Shown: one piece after another, positions 25,691 through 38,600 of the stretch
Layout: every line of letters begins with the position of its first letter
Numbering within the stretch: the first letter of the stretch is position 1
Assembly: GCA_002269645.1 (NCBI GenBank)
Contig: NIVC01002876.1
Coordinates: 68,605 to 132,604 of the forward strand
Source of the DNA: Macrostomum lignano
Lineage: Eukaryota
Direction: 5' to 3'
Length of the DNA stretch: 64,000 nucleotides
Notes under the pieces: generated by a model
Told to the model about the DNA's origin: nothing
The model's input: only the letters and a program-made list of their open reading frames with translations
Databases searched by the model: none
Position numbers and translations under genes: made by a program

Positions 25691-27207
25691 TCAATCGTCC
25701 TCTGGGCAGAATGTCTCAGCGGCATCTTCCAGAACCTTCTGCGTATCGGCCAGCTTAATCTGATAATGATGACGATGGGGTATAATAAGGGATTTAGAAG
25801 TTCGTGAACAGACGGTGCAGTACGTTGTGTAATACCTTTGAAGCCCTAGTAAGTCTCATTACGAAAACAAGGCTTCTCAAACAACATCTCTGAACGGGGA
25901 TTATTATCCCAAACTAACCAACTTTAAATTGGGATTATTATCCCATCCAACACCTAATTTGTTTTGGGATTATTATCCCATCCAACACCTGATTTGTTTT
26001 GGGATTATTATCCCATCCAACACCTAATTTGTTTTGGGATTATTATCCCATCAGCACCTGATTTGTTTTGGGATTATTATCCCATCCAACACCTAATTTG
26101 TTTTGGGATTATTATCCCATCAGCACCTACTTGTTTTGGGATTATTATCCCATCCAACACCTAATTTGGTTTGGGATTATTATCCCATCAGCACCTACTT
26201 GTTTTGGGATTATTATCCCATCCAACACCTAATTTGGTTTGGGATTATTATCCCATCAGCACCTACTTTGTATTGGGATTATTATCCGACCCAACACCTA
26301 CTTTGTATTGGGATTATTATCCCACCCAACACCTACTTTGTATTGGGATTATTATCCCACCCAACACCTACTTTGTATTGGGATTATTATCCCACCCAAC
26401 ACCTACTTTGTATTGAGATTATTATCCGTTTATTTGTAAAGGGAAAAATATCACGTGCAAGGCTACCTTTGCGTTGGGATAACAATGTCCCACCAATGCC
26501 CACTAGAGCAATGGGATAGTTTCGCAGTATCTAGAAATCCCATCATCATCAGCTGCACTCACCTCAGAGATGGGATACTGAGTAGGATTAGCCGCCTCCT
26601 CCCGCCCGAAGTCGCTCATAGCTCCGCACTTGGCCACGTCGTCCTTCCAGACGCCCTCATAGATCTGGCCAGTGCTCAGATTATAAAACTTGCCCGGCCC
26701 GTTCTTTTTATCGTCGCGCCATTCGCCTTCGTAGCGGTTCTCGTTCGGCAACCGCAGCATGCCCTGGCCGCAGCGCTGGTCGTTAAGCCATTCGCCTTCG
26801 TACACGGACCCGTCTGCGTAGTACATCCGGCCCCAGCCGCTTCGCTTATCGGCGTAAAATTCGCCCTCGTAATATTCGTTCTCGCCGTACCAATTCTCGC
26901 CGTAGCCGTGCCGCTTGTCGGCCTTCCAGCCACCAGAGTACTGCTTCTTATAGCCGGCACCATTGGGGAGTGGCACGCTGTACACGCCGAATCCGCAGCG
27001 ACGACCGTCACGCCAGTCGCCTTCGTACATGGCGCCTGTGCCTTTCCACACCTGGGTGCCGCGGCCTTGCTTCTTATTGGCCTCCCATTCGCCAGTGTAT
27101 TCGTCGCCTCGAACCGAATAGATTGTATTGCGTAATCCGGCTTTGTCAGCCTTTCTATCCCATTCTTTCCACAGCGGCTCGGATTGAATATCGCGCCTAT
27201 GCGGCAT
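25691..27207 (-). CDS. MORN3: MORN repeat-containing protein 3; exons 26563-27207 (or from ATG 27240) and 25691-25759 (about 237 aa)
   Basis: MPHRRDIQSEPLWKEWDRKADKAGLR...YTGEW...GTQVWK...YEGDW...SGWGRMYY...AKCGAMSDFGREEAANPTQYPISE|IKLADTQKVLEDAAETF follows human MORN3 (LWKGWDRKAQRNGLR; AKCGTMIDFGRDEAPEPTQFPIPEVKILDPDGVL). The intron is GT-AG, phase 0. Confidence 0.92.
25897..26430. repeat. 34/35-bp minisatellite with hairpin core GGGAT-TATT-ATCCC, in the MORN3 intron
   Basis: Direct; no unique spacers. Confidence 0.95.
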
Positions 27208-27356
27208 GCCTTGACGATTATTTCTGCTGCTGTTGGCCATGCAGTGTAGATAAATATAGTGTTTGAGTTTTGCTTCACTACTACTTAATAGTAGCATTTA
27301 TTGGATAATGTTCAAGGATGTTGCAAAGTACAATGTTGATGATTGTAGAAGAAGAC

Positions 27357-27588
27357 CTGAGAAGGGCTGCTAGCAACGTGAGAAGGGCTGCTAGCAACGT
27401 GAGAAGGGCTGCTAGCAACGTGAGAAGGGCTGCTAGCAAAGTGAAAAGGGCTGCTAGCAACGTGAAAAGGGCTGCTAGCAACGTGAGAAGGGCTGCTAGC
27501 AAAGTGAAAAGGGCTGCTAGCAACGTGAAAAGGGCTGCTAGCAACGTGAGAAGGGCTGCTAGCAACGTGAGAAGGGCTGCTAGCAACG
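27357..27588. repeat. 21-bp minisatellite (gaagggctgctagcaacgtga)
   Basis: About 11 near-identical units. Confidence 0.95.
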
Positions 27589-28049
27589 TTTAAAAGCAAT
27601 TTTTTAAAGAATAAAATACAAGCAAAGCTAGGCACAGTCAATAAAGTCGTTAGACAATAATTTTTATTGAAATGGCACATTACAATTAAAAAATGAACAA
27701 ATGTACTTTTTTACAGAACATGGCATATACGCTCGTAGTACTTAACACTTAGATAAGAGCCCATTGAAAGTGAGACTATTGGTAATATTATAAATTACTT
27801 TGAGTTTATTGTCTGCACGATAAGCAGTCTTCAAATTTTCACTGATATAGAGCCGCAGGTTGCGTAGGGTAAAGAATCCAATTTATACCAGTCAGGTTTA
27901 TCAAACCTTTTAAGGTATACAAAATGCTAAAAATAACGGATGAAGTTAATGAAGCTGAATACACTTTGAATGCCAACACTTAATAAGCAATGTAATAAAA
28001 TATTACTAGTAGTGACCTAGAGGCCCAGAATTTGTTTCGTGTCTCATAG

Positions 28050-28710
28050 CAAACCGGAAGTGACTTTAAATCTTTCGAAACTGATCAATTGTTACTAACC
28101 GGAAGTGATTTTAAATCTCTCAAAAACTGATCAATTGTTACTAACCGGAAGTGACTTTAAATCTCTCAAAAACTGATCAATTGTTACTAACCGGAAGTGA
28201 TTTTAAATCTCTCAAAAACTTATCAATTGTTACTAACCGAAAGTGATTTTAAATCTCTCAAAAACTGATCAATTGTTACTAACCGGAAGTGACTTTAAAT
28301 CTCTCAAAAACTGATCAATTGTTACTAACCGGAAGTGACTTTAAATCTCTCAAAAACTGATCAATTGTTACTAACCGGAAGTGATTTTAAATCTCTCAAA
28401 AACTTATCAATTGTTACTAACCCAAAGTGATTTTAAATCTTTTAAAACTGATCAAATGTTACTAACCAGAAATGAATTCAAATCTCTCAAAACTGATCAA
28501 TTGTTACTAACCGGAAATGAATTCAAATCTCTCAAAACTGATCAATTGTTACTAACCGGAAATGAATTCAAATCTCTCAAAAACTGATGAATCGCTACCA
28601 ACCGGAAGTGACTTTAAATCTTTCAAAACCGATTAGTTGTTACAAACCGGAAGTGACTTCAAATACAATATATAAAAAACTGATGGCTCATTAACTAACC
28701 GGAAAGTAAA
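28050..28710. repeat. 46-bp minisatellite carrying an ACCGGAAGT (ETS-like) core, between the CDC40 3' end and MORN3 5' end
   Basis: aaccggaagtga recurs at 46-bp spacing (28097, 28143...). Confidence 0.9.
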
Positions 28711-28831
28711 CGGTATCTAGCCTAAATAAACGAAGGTTTTTTAATAACCGGAAGTGGCATTAGAATTTGAATAACTGATGAGTAACAGAAAGTGGCATAA
28801 TCGGATCCCATAAAATCCACAGATTAAAGTC

Positions 28832-31800
28832 TTAATCCCACAGTCTAATAGTGCCGTCCCAACCGGAAGTGACAACTTTGCTAGTCTCGTACGGCAGCCA
28901 GGCAGATGACACGCACGGTCCGTCGTGCGCCTTCCACCTGGTGACAATGCGCTGCTTCTTCCAATCCCAGATGAACAATTTGCCGTCTCCGTCGCCAGAC
29001 ATTAGAAATTTCATATCGGGCGAGAAATCGATTGAGCAGGCATAGCCGGCGGCCATGTGGCCTTTGAAGCATTTCTTCTTCATTTGTTTCATGCCTTTGT
29101 GCACGTTGAACACGACAATCTGATTGTCTAGCGATTGGCACACCAGCCATTTGCCGTTCGGGCTCAGCGTAACAGCCGGCATGGAATGCATGGACGGGTC
29201 GCTGATATTGTTATAATCAACCGGGATGTCCCATTCCCACATGCGCAGGCTCTTATCGTCCGAGGTGGATACGAATCGTTTATTATCGTCAATAAACGTG
29301 ATGGTATTCACTGAGCCAAGGTGCCTGTCGTATTCTTGCGTCACCTCGCCGGTTCGAGTGTCCATGCAGATGATCTTTTTATTATTGCAGCCGGCTAGGA
29401 AAAAGTTGGCCTTATCCGGGTCCGGGTTGAACTTGACGCAGTAGGGCACGTGACCGAGGTCCCAGCGGTCCACGCACTTGCCCGTCTCCGTGTCCCACAG
29501 CTTCACGTAGCGATCGTAGGAGGCCGACAGAAATTGGCTGCCGTCGTGACTGCAAGCGGGGAGATGGAGTTTGTTTGATATAATATAATCCTAGCTATAC
29601 TGATGCTTATTTCGGGACACTAGCGACACTGTTTCGGGACACTAGCGACACTGTTTCGGGACACTAGCGACACTGTTTCGGGACACTAGCGACACTGTTT
29701 CGGGACACTAGCGACACTGTTTCGGGACACTAGCGACACTGTTTCGGGACACTAGCGACACTGTTTCGGTACACTAGCGACACTGTTTCGGGACACTAGC
29801 GACACTGTTTCGGTACACTAGCGACACTGTTTCGGGTAAATAGCGACACTGTTTCGGGACACTAGCGACACTGTTTCGGGGAAATAGCGACACTGTTTCG
29901 GGACACTAGCGACACTGTTTCGGGGAAATAGCGACACTGTTTCGGGACACTAGCGACACTGCTTCGGGGAAATAGCGACACTGTTTCGGGGAAATAACGA
30001 CACTGTTTCGGGGAAATAACGACACTGTTTCGGGGAAATAGCAAAACTGTTTCGGGGAAATAACGACACTGTTTCGGGACACTAGCGACACTGTTTCGGG
30101 GAAATAACGACACTGTTTCGGGACACTAGCGACACTGTTTCGGGGAAATAGCGACACTGCTTCGGGGAAATAGCGACACTGTTTCGGGACACTAGCGACA
30201 CTGTTTCGGGTAAATAGCGACACTGTTTCGGGACACTAGCGACACTGTTTCGGGGAAATAGCGACACTGTTTCGGGACACTAGCGACACTGTTTCGGGGA
30301 AATAACGACACTGTTTCGGGGAAATAGCAAAACTGTTTCGGGGAAATAACGACACTGTTTCGGGGAAATAACGACACTGTTTCGGGGAAATAGCGACACT
30401 GTTTCGGGGAAATAGCAAAACTGTTTCGGGGAAATAACGACACTGTTTCGGGACACTAGCGACACTGTTTCGGGGAAATAACGACACTGTTTCGGGACAC
30501 TAGCGACACTGCTTCGGGGAAATAGCGACACTGTTTCGGGGAAATAACGACACTGTTTCGGGACACTAGCGACACTGCTTCGGGGAAATAGCGACACTGT
30601 TTCGGGACACTAGCGACACTGTTTCGGGGAAATAACGACACTGTTTCGGGGAAATAGCGACACTGTTTCGGGGAAATAACGACACTGTTTCGGGGAAATA
30701 GCGACACTGTTTCGGGGAAATAGCAAAACTGTTTCGGGGAAATAGCAAAACTGTTTCGGGGTAATAGCGGGGTTATCCCGGGGTTATCAGGCAACAAATT
30801 TTTGATAATTTTTGCAACAAAAATAATGCAACGCAAAACCCACCTGAAGCAGGCATCCCGAACTGCCTGCCGATGTCCGGAATAGGTGCGCAATAGCCGG
30901 CGTTCCTTGTACAGTTCGAACAGCTTGAGCTTGGAGTCCATGCCGGCCGATAGCAGCAGGTGGCCAGTGCGCGGGAACAGGCGGATAGCAGCCACGCCGC
31001 GATCATGCGCTTTAACCCATTCATGCAGCTGCCGTTTCGGTAGGAAGCACTTCCGGGGCCCCTCGTCTGACCGGAAATTAACGCCGGCATCGCGCGGCGG
31101 CTCCAGCAAGCTTCGGCCCTGATAGTCGGCCATAGCCGGCACGTGCATAGTGGTCTTCTCCTCCACCGGGGTCTCCTCCGGCCGGCGCTTGTTCTTGGCC
31201 TTCTTAGCCAGGTACTCCTGCATGTACTCGCGATCCTCCTCTGGCGGCGCCGCTACCAACGCTTCGTCAACGAATTTACCCCACGGTCCCAGGTAGCCTT
31301 CAATATCGGCCGGATCATTGTTAGTTCGCCGTTTCCGATTGTCGCCCGGCCGCTTCTTGACGCCTTCAAAGACTGTGACAGCGCCGCTGGCGGCGCCTCT
31401 GGCCGCGTTGCCAACCATAGCGTCGGCGTCGATGCTGGGATCCGCGGCGTAGCCGTAACTATGAAAAGTTCGACGCTGCGTCTCGAAATGAAAATCGTTC
31501 ATGTGGCTGGGCTCAACAAAGCCGGTTAGGGTGTTTTTTGGCGCGGTCGACTTGCCCGGCACCTGCGGCCCGAGCACAGGAGCGAACAGCTCGTCAGCCT
31601 TGGGATTGTAGGCCAGCTCCTTGCACGTGGGATCTAGTGCCGGTCGGGAATCCCTAGTGGCCTGTTCGATTCCGCTAACGTCGGGCGTGAGATCGAGCTT
31701 GGGCACTAGCGAGCTGTGCGTCACTGGCCGGGTTGATAGAGGCGGCTGTGATGGTTGCTGCTGCAGCGGCTGAGCCTGGGGCGCAGAATCCGGTTCGCCT

Positions 31801-31844
31801 TCGTCAGAGGAAGCCTCATAGGAGACTAATGATGCGGCTGCCAT
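28832..31844 (-). CDS. CDC40: Pre-mRNA-processing factor 17 (WD40); exons 30844-31844 and 28832-29549 (572 aa)
   Basis: ELAYNPKADELFAP, MNDFHFETQRRTFHSYGYAADPS, CFLPKRQLHEW, HLLLSAGMDSKLKLF, (intron) SHDGSQFLSASYDRYVKLWDTETG, QEYDRHLGSVNTITF, DNNISDPSMHSMPAV, FKGHMAAGYAC, TSGWDGTIRLWD. The phase-2 GT-AG intron restores frame. Confidence 0.95.
29610..30770. repeat. 22-bp minisatellite (cgggacactagcgacactgttt / cggggaaatagcgacactgttt) filling the CDC40 intron
   Basis: Direct periodicity with two alternating variants. Confidence 0.97.
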
Positions 31845-31929
31845 CCTTCATGCAATAGAAGAGCAGGGAAGTTCATTACAATAGTTAGTACGAGCAGAAA
31901 TGTTGCCTAGAGAATTCAACTTGGATACC

Positions 31930-32700
31930 ATGTGTGCTGGGATCATGAGATGCTGGGATCATGAGATGATATCATGTGATGCTGATAGCATGTGATGCGA
32001 AGATCATGTGATGCTGATAGCATGTGATGTTGATAGCATGTGATGCTGATAGCATGTGATGCTGATAGCATGTGATGCTGATAGCATGTGATGCTGATAG
32101 CATGTGATGCTGATAGCATGTGATGCTGATAGCATGTGATGTTGATAGCATGTGATGCTGATAGCATGTGATGCTGATAGCATGTGATGTTGATAGCATG
32201 TGATGCTGATAGCATGTGATGTTGATAGCATGTGATGCTGATAGCATGTGATGTTGATAGCATGTGATGCTGATAGCATGTGATGCTGATAGCATGTGAT
32301 GCTGATAGCATGTGATGCTAATAACATGTGATGCTAATAACATGTGATGCTAATAACATGTGATGCTGATAACATGTGATGCTGATAGCATGTGATGCAG
32401 ATATGATTTGACGCAGATTATGTGATAGTGAAATCATGTGATGCTGAGATCATGTGAGGATGGGATCATGCAATGATGAGATCATAGGATGCTGATAGCA
32501 TGTGATGATGAGATCATGTGATGCTGAGATCATGTGATGCTGAGATCATGTGATGCTGAGATCATGTGAGGATGAGATCATGTGATGCAGATATGATTTG
32601 ATGCAGATTATGCGATAGTGAGATCATGTGATGCCGAGATCATGTGATGCTGAGATCATGTGATGATGAAATAATGTGAATGATGTGATGCTTTGGTCAT
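31930..32700. repeat. 16-bp minisatellite (atgtgatgctgatagc) upstream of CDC40
   Basis: Direct periodicity, degenerating toward 32400-32700. Confidence 0.95.
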
Positions 32701-33202
32701 GTGATTAAGTCAGGCTGTGATATTGTCAGTGACACTAACTAAACGGCTACTTTGAGTATTAGAATAAGTTTAGGTAATTTAAATATTATGCCACTACACT
32801 AGCCTTTGTATGCAAAGATTTGAAAGAAAAAAGTAAAGCCAAAGAATTCTGCTATTCGTAGCCAATAACAGTAGCGATATAAGTATTTATATGCAATTAA
32901 TATCAGGTATGAACTGCGCGGAATGGTTTCATTAAAAAAAGCAAAAAACATATTTAAGCAAATTAATACAGGTGCAGAAAAACCTTTAACCGATCCCCAG
33001 CCACCAGGTGAAAGTGTGCGGCAAGGAATACGAAAGTTTAAAAATACAGGATTAATAACCCTTGCCTAGCTGACATAGACGGTAGTATAGTAAGCAAGTA
33101 ATCAGGAAGCAGGTAAAAATGAAGGACTAGAGATATACCGCAGGCGCATGACATAATCAGGTACAGAATTGGCAGAGATGTTAATTTCAACTTTCACAGC
33201 AA

Positions 33203-33400
33203 TGTTGGCCGTAGCCCAGTGGTCTAACGCGGCGCTCTGATGCACCAGCGGCCCAGGCTCGATTCCAAGTGCAGTCACATTAATTTGGGGCTGAACTGGA
33301 ATCTCGGCTTGGCTTTGCTTGTGCAATTAACGCCTTTGAGGACCAACCCCCCCCCCCCAAGGCACAGTGAAGTGTACATGCCTAACGATAAATAAAGTTA
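33203..33400 (+). mobile_element. tRNA-headed SINE-like element (second family); related body fragment at about 35395-35500
   Basis: A-box-like TAGCCCAGTGG and B-box-like GGCTCGATTCC; caaggcacag..gtgtacatg..agggccgc is shared with 35446-35490. Confidence 0.55.
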
Positions 33401-34224
33401 GGGCCGCTGTTCACTCCTGTGTGAGTGTGTGCCTGTGCGTATGACTGCGTACGTATCCGCGCGCTTGTGTGCCTGCTCAGGGGAGTCGGCGGAATGGGCA
33501 GCAATGCCTCTCGCCGGTTGTCCCATGCACTGGAATATTGCTAAACGAAAATTGAAAATTTCCAATAGCAGAATTTGTACAAATTAGTGGCACAATAAAA
33601 ACAAACAATAAGGGTTAATTAATACATAAATTACAATCATTCTCATAATACCGTAAAAACCACCTCAGAAGAAAGAAGAAACAAAGGCATACACAGTCTA
33701 AACGATTGAGTCCGTTTTTGTTAAACAGCACTGGCCCGACTTTGGCGATATGTAGCGAAAGTAATAAAAAACAAAGACAAAATTTTGGGGAGATTACACT
33801 GTTCAATTAGAAAAAAATCAATATAAAAACTACCTAGATTTTTAACGATAACTTTAAATTTAACCAAGGCGTCTGACTTATCATAATTGAGCTGGTAACG
33901 ATCTCCAAGATTCCAAAAGCATTGCATTGAAAAGCTGGACAGAATGGCAACAAAGAAAAAAAACAGATAAATAGAAAAACAGAGAACGGAGAGCGGCGGT
34001 GCAATTCTGGGGTACTTTTTGATACTAATTTGATAAACAATTTTTATAACAAAGGTTGCCCAGCACCGCACAACAGGAGGAAAATAATTAAAAAATAAGA
34101 TCTAGTCGCCAAATTATTGATCGATTGAAATAGACCGAACTGCAGATTTTGATGCGCTGAATAACCAACAGCCAAGAATTTCGGCGACGAAGTCAATTCT
34201 GCTTTTCAGTCTGCTTGAGAAACT

Positions 34225-35619
34225 TCAGTCTTGATTTGCCTGCGCTTCGGCCCGTAGCTGCTCAATCTTCTTCATTGGAAGAGACTGCGGCACTTTGAAT
34301 ATTTGCTGAAAGTTAAAGCAATGCATTACATTCAATAATAATAATCATAATCATCATTTTCATTGACTACACCTGCCCCAATCGGGCCAGATGTGCAACC
34401 GACAGCTCAGCCGCAGCTATTGCGCGGCGCATCTGAAGCTGGGTTTATTTTTTGTGCGTAGAGTGTGCATATGCACCTTAAATTTAAAAATTGCACCCTG
34501 AAATTGAAATGTAGGTGCAGTTTAAGTGCAGTCTCATAACATATATTTCTATTAAAGCCTCATCTGCACTGCTTTAAAATAAGAAAAAAATGCACTTTGA
34601 GCCTTAAAATTGCACTATGAAAGTGAGCATAGGGTGCGATTTTGCACCTTGTCTCTGGCAAAAAAGAAAACCCTGATCTGAAGGCTGCGTACGGCTGTTC
34701 AGTCCAAGGACTGGGGGGTCGCCACACACACCCTCAATTACCCCAGCTAATGCTGGCACCCATTTTACAGCTGGGTGAACTGAAGCAATGCAGAGTTAAG
34801 TGTCTTGTTCAAGGACACAGATTGTTTCAGTGGGATCAGGAATCGAACCCCTGACCTTCAAGTCGTGAGTCCGACACTCTAACCACTAGGCTACAACCTT
34901 GTATGTCACTGAAATCAGTTACTAGTGTGTCACTGAAATAAGTCACTAGTGTGTCACTGAAATCAGACGCCAGTGTGTCACTGAAATCAGTTACTCTTGT
35001 GTCACTGAAATCAATCACTAGTGGGTCACTGAAATCAGCCTCTAGTGTGCCACTGAAATCAGTTGCCAGTGTCACAACCTACTATTTTAGAAAGTAAGTT
35101 ACAAAATGAAGCAAGGCATCTCACCGGAATGAAGGTGTGACAGTGCAGCACATTCCGGTCCTGCACCATCTGTTGGAAAACTTTAATCGCGCTGGGCAGG
35201 TCTCGACAACCCAGCAGGGCGTTCTGATTCAGATGGATCAGCGTCAGGGCTACGCGGAACAACACTTTGGAGCCTTCGAAGAACAGCACGTCCCAGATGC
35301 GGTAGACGGTCTGTGGGAATTTACGAGCGTACAGTCACTGTTGTTTATCAGTTCTCATTCCCAGCTCCATTTCATATCTACCGCGAAAGCTATCTGTTGG
35401 CCAGGGGGGGGGGGCTTGTCTTGCAATTCACACAAGACGCCAACCCTCAAGGCACAGAGTGTACATGTACATGCTAGAATCAGGGCCGCGGTACAACCAA
35501 ATGACTAACAAACAAACTAACTAACTGACTAACTAACTAACTAACTGACTAACTAACTAACTGACTAACTAACTAACTGACTAACTAACTAACTGACTAA
35601 CTAACTAACTGACTAACTG

Positions 35620-35662
<43 letters not shown>

Positions 35663-38600
35663 GACTAACTGACTAACTAACTAACTGACTAACTAACTAA
35701 CTGACTAACTAACTAACTGACTGACTAACTAACTAACTGACTAACTAACTGACTAACTAACTAACTAACTAACTAACTGACTAACTAACTGACTAACTAA
35801 CTGACTAACTAACTGACTAACTAACTAACTAACTATCTGACTAACTAACTAACTAACTAACTGACTAACTAACTGACTGACTGACAAACTAACTGACTGA
35901 CTGACTAACTAACTAACTAACTGACAAACTAACTAACTGACTAACTAACTGACTAACTGACTAACTAACTGACTAACTAACAGACTAACTAACTAACTAA
36001 CTGACTAACTAACTGACTAACTAACTAACTGACTAACTGACTGACTAACTAACTAACTGACTAACTAACTGACTGACTGACAAACTAACTAACTGACAAA
36101 CTAACTAACTGACTGACTAACTAACAGACTAACTAACTGACTAACTAACTGACTAACTAACTAACTGACTAACTAACTGACTAACTGACAAACTAACTAA
36201 CTGACTGACTAACTAACAGACTAACTAACTGACTAACTAACTGACTAACTAACTAACTGACTAACTAACTGACTAACTGACTAACTAACTAACTGACTAA
36301 CTGACTGACTGACAAACTAACTAACTGACTAACTAACTGACTAACTGACTAACTGACTAACTAACTGACTAACTAACAGACTAACTAACAGACTAACTAA
36401 CTAACTGACTAACTAACTGACTAACTAACTAACTGACTAACTGACTGACTAACTAACTAACTGACTAACTAACTGACTGACAAACTAACTAACTGACAAA
36501 CTAACTGACTGACTAACTAACTAACTGACTAACTAACAGACTAACTAACTGACTAACTAACTGACTAACTAACTAACTGACTAACTAACTAACTGACTAA
36601 CTAACTGACTAACTAACTAACTGACTGACTAACTAACTGACTAACTAACTGACTAACTAACAGACTAACTAACAGACTAACTAACTGACTAACTAACTGA
36701 CTAACTAACTGACTAACTGACTAACTAACTGACTAACTAACTGACTAACTAACAGACTAACTAACTGACTAACTAACTAACTGACTAACTAACTGACTAA
36801 CTAACTGACTGACTAACTAAATAACTAACTGACTGACTAACTAACTGACAAACTAACTAACTGACTGACTAACTAACTAACTGACTAACTAACAGACTAA
36901 CTAACTGACTAACTAACTAACTGACTAACTAACTGACTAACTAACTGACTAACTGACTGACTAACTAACTAACTGACTAACTAACAGACTAACTAACTGA
37001 CTAACTAACTAACTGACTAACTAACTGACTAACTAACTGACTAACTGACTGACTAACTAACTAACTAACTAACTAACTGACTAACTGACTGACTGACTGA
37101 CTAACTAACTAACTGACTGACTAAATAACTAACTGACCAACGAACTAAACTATATAAATAACTAATTAACTACGAGCTACTACTGCTGTTGCAAAATCAA
37201 CCCGCATACCCCATTGCAAATCTGCCAGCGGATTCTGCAATCATTTTAGCTAAAACACGCACCTCAACAGGCAGCACATCCGCGTAGAGGCAGATGAACC
37301 ATTTAAGCGTCACCATGGGAAACGTGACGCCATAATCTTTCATAAATTTGTGCACCTGAGGCAGTTTCTCTTGAACCAATCGGCCAAGCACGTAGCACTC
37401 AGCCTGGAAGCTGGCCATGCTGGGCTGATAGTAACCGGGCAAAATTCGATTCACCAAAGTGTCCAACAGCCAGAAGGCTTTCTCTTCGTCTTTAACCACG
37501 AGTAGCATGAGCGCTGTTACGTAATTCAATCCCTGGCAATAACCAACTGCCGGATTCTTCTTGCCAAAGGCGTACAACACGTTAAATAGAGCTTGCATCT
37601 GCGACTCGCTGTTGCCAAATTCTTTAAAGTGCACATTCTCCGGGAATGTTCTGTGCAGATCGAGTCGCACCTGCGGCGCGCAATAAAACTAAACATTTAA
37701 TTAATCATTTCCTATATTGACACCTACTTATAGTAGTGTAAAATGTTTCGCGAGTTATTAAGAGTACATTGATGAAGCTGATACACAATAAAAGTGACGC
37801 TGTTAGTGAAAATAAAGGACGAGAAATATGAAATACTTACGAGCAAATATGAAATTTATACTAATTGCTACAGCTTGATATTCAACGCGACACATTGGCC
37901 TTCGAGAGATAAGTCAGTAAGCGAATTTATTACAAAACAGCAGGAAATATGACTTATTAAGATAATTACACTTATAATTTATACACTTATTACGGAGTCG
38001 CTAGTGTGTCACTCAAATCTATAATGAGTCACTAGTGCGTCACTGAAATCTACTATATTGAGTCACTGAAATCTACTATATTGAGTCACTAGTGCTTCAC
38101 TGAAATCTATTATAATGAGTCACTAGTGCTTCACTGAAATCTACTATATTTATTCAGTTACTAGTGTGTCACTGAAATCTACTATATTGAGTCACGACTC
38201 ACTAGTGCTTCACTGAAATCTATTATAATGAGTCACTAGTGCTTCACTGAAATCTACTATATTTATTCAGTTACTAGTGTGTCACTGAAATCTACTATAT
38301 TGAGTCACGACTCACTAGTGCTTCACTGAAATCTATTATAATGAGTCACTAGTGCTTCACTGAAATCTACTATATTGAGTCACTAGTGCTTCACTGAAAT
38401 CTATTATAATGAGTCACTAGTGCTTCACTGAAATCTATTATATTTATTCAGTTACTAGTGTGTCACTGAAATCTACTACGAGTATATTGAGTCACTAGTG
38501 CGTCACTGAAATCTACTATATTGAGTCACTAGTGCGTCACTGAAATCTACTACAGTGAGTCACTAGTGCGTCACTGAAATCTACTACAGTGAGTCACTAG

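Noticed and set aside
25897-26430. CRISPR-like array (palindromic about 35-bp repeats); also considered for 12400-13560, 22660-23075 and 28050-28710
   Set aside because: Units are contiguous with no unique spacers, there are no cas genes, and the context is eukaryotic introns.
28770-28800. CTGATGA...GAAA motif as another hammerhead (also 22265 and 28584)
   Set aside because: No pairing stem II, stem III or stem I around the core nucleotides.
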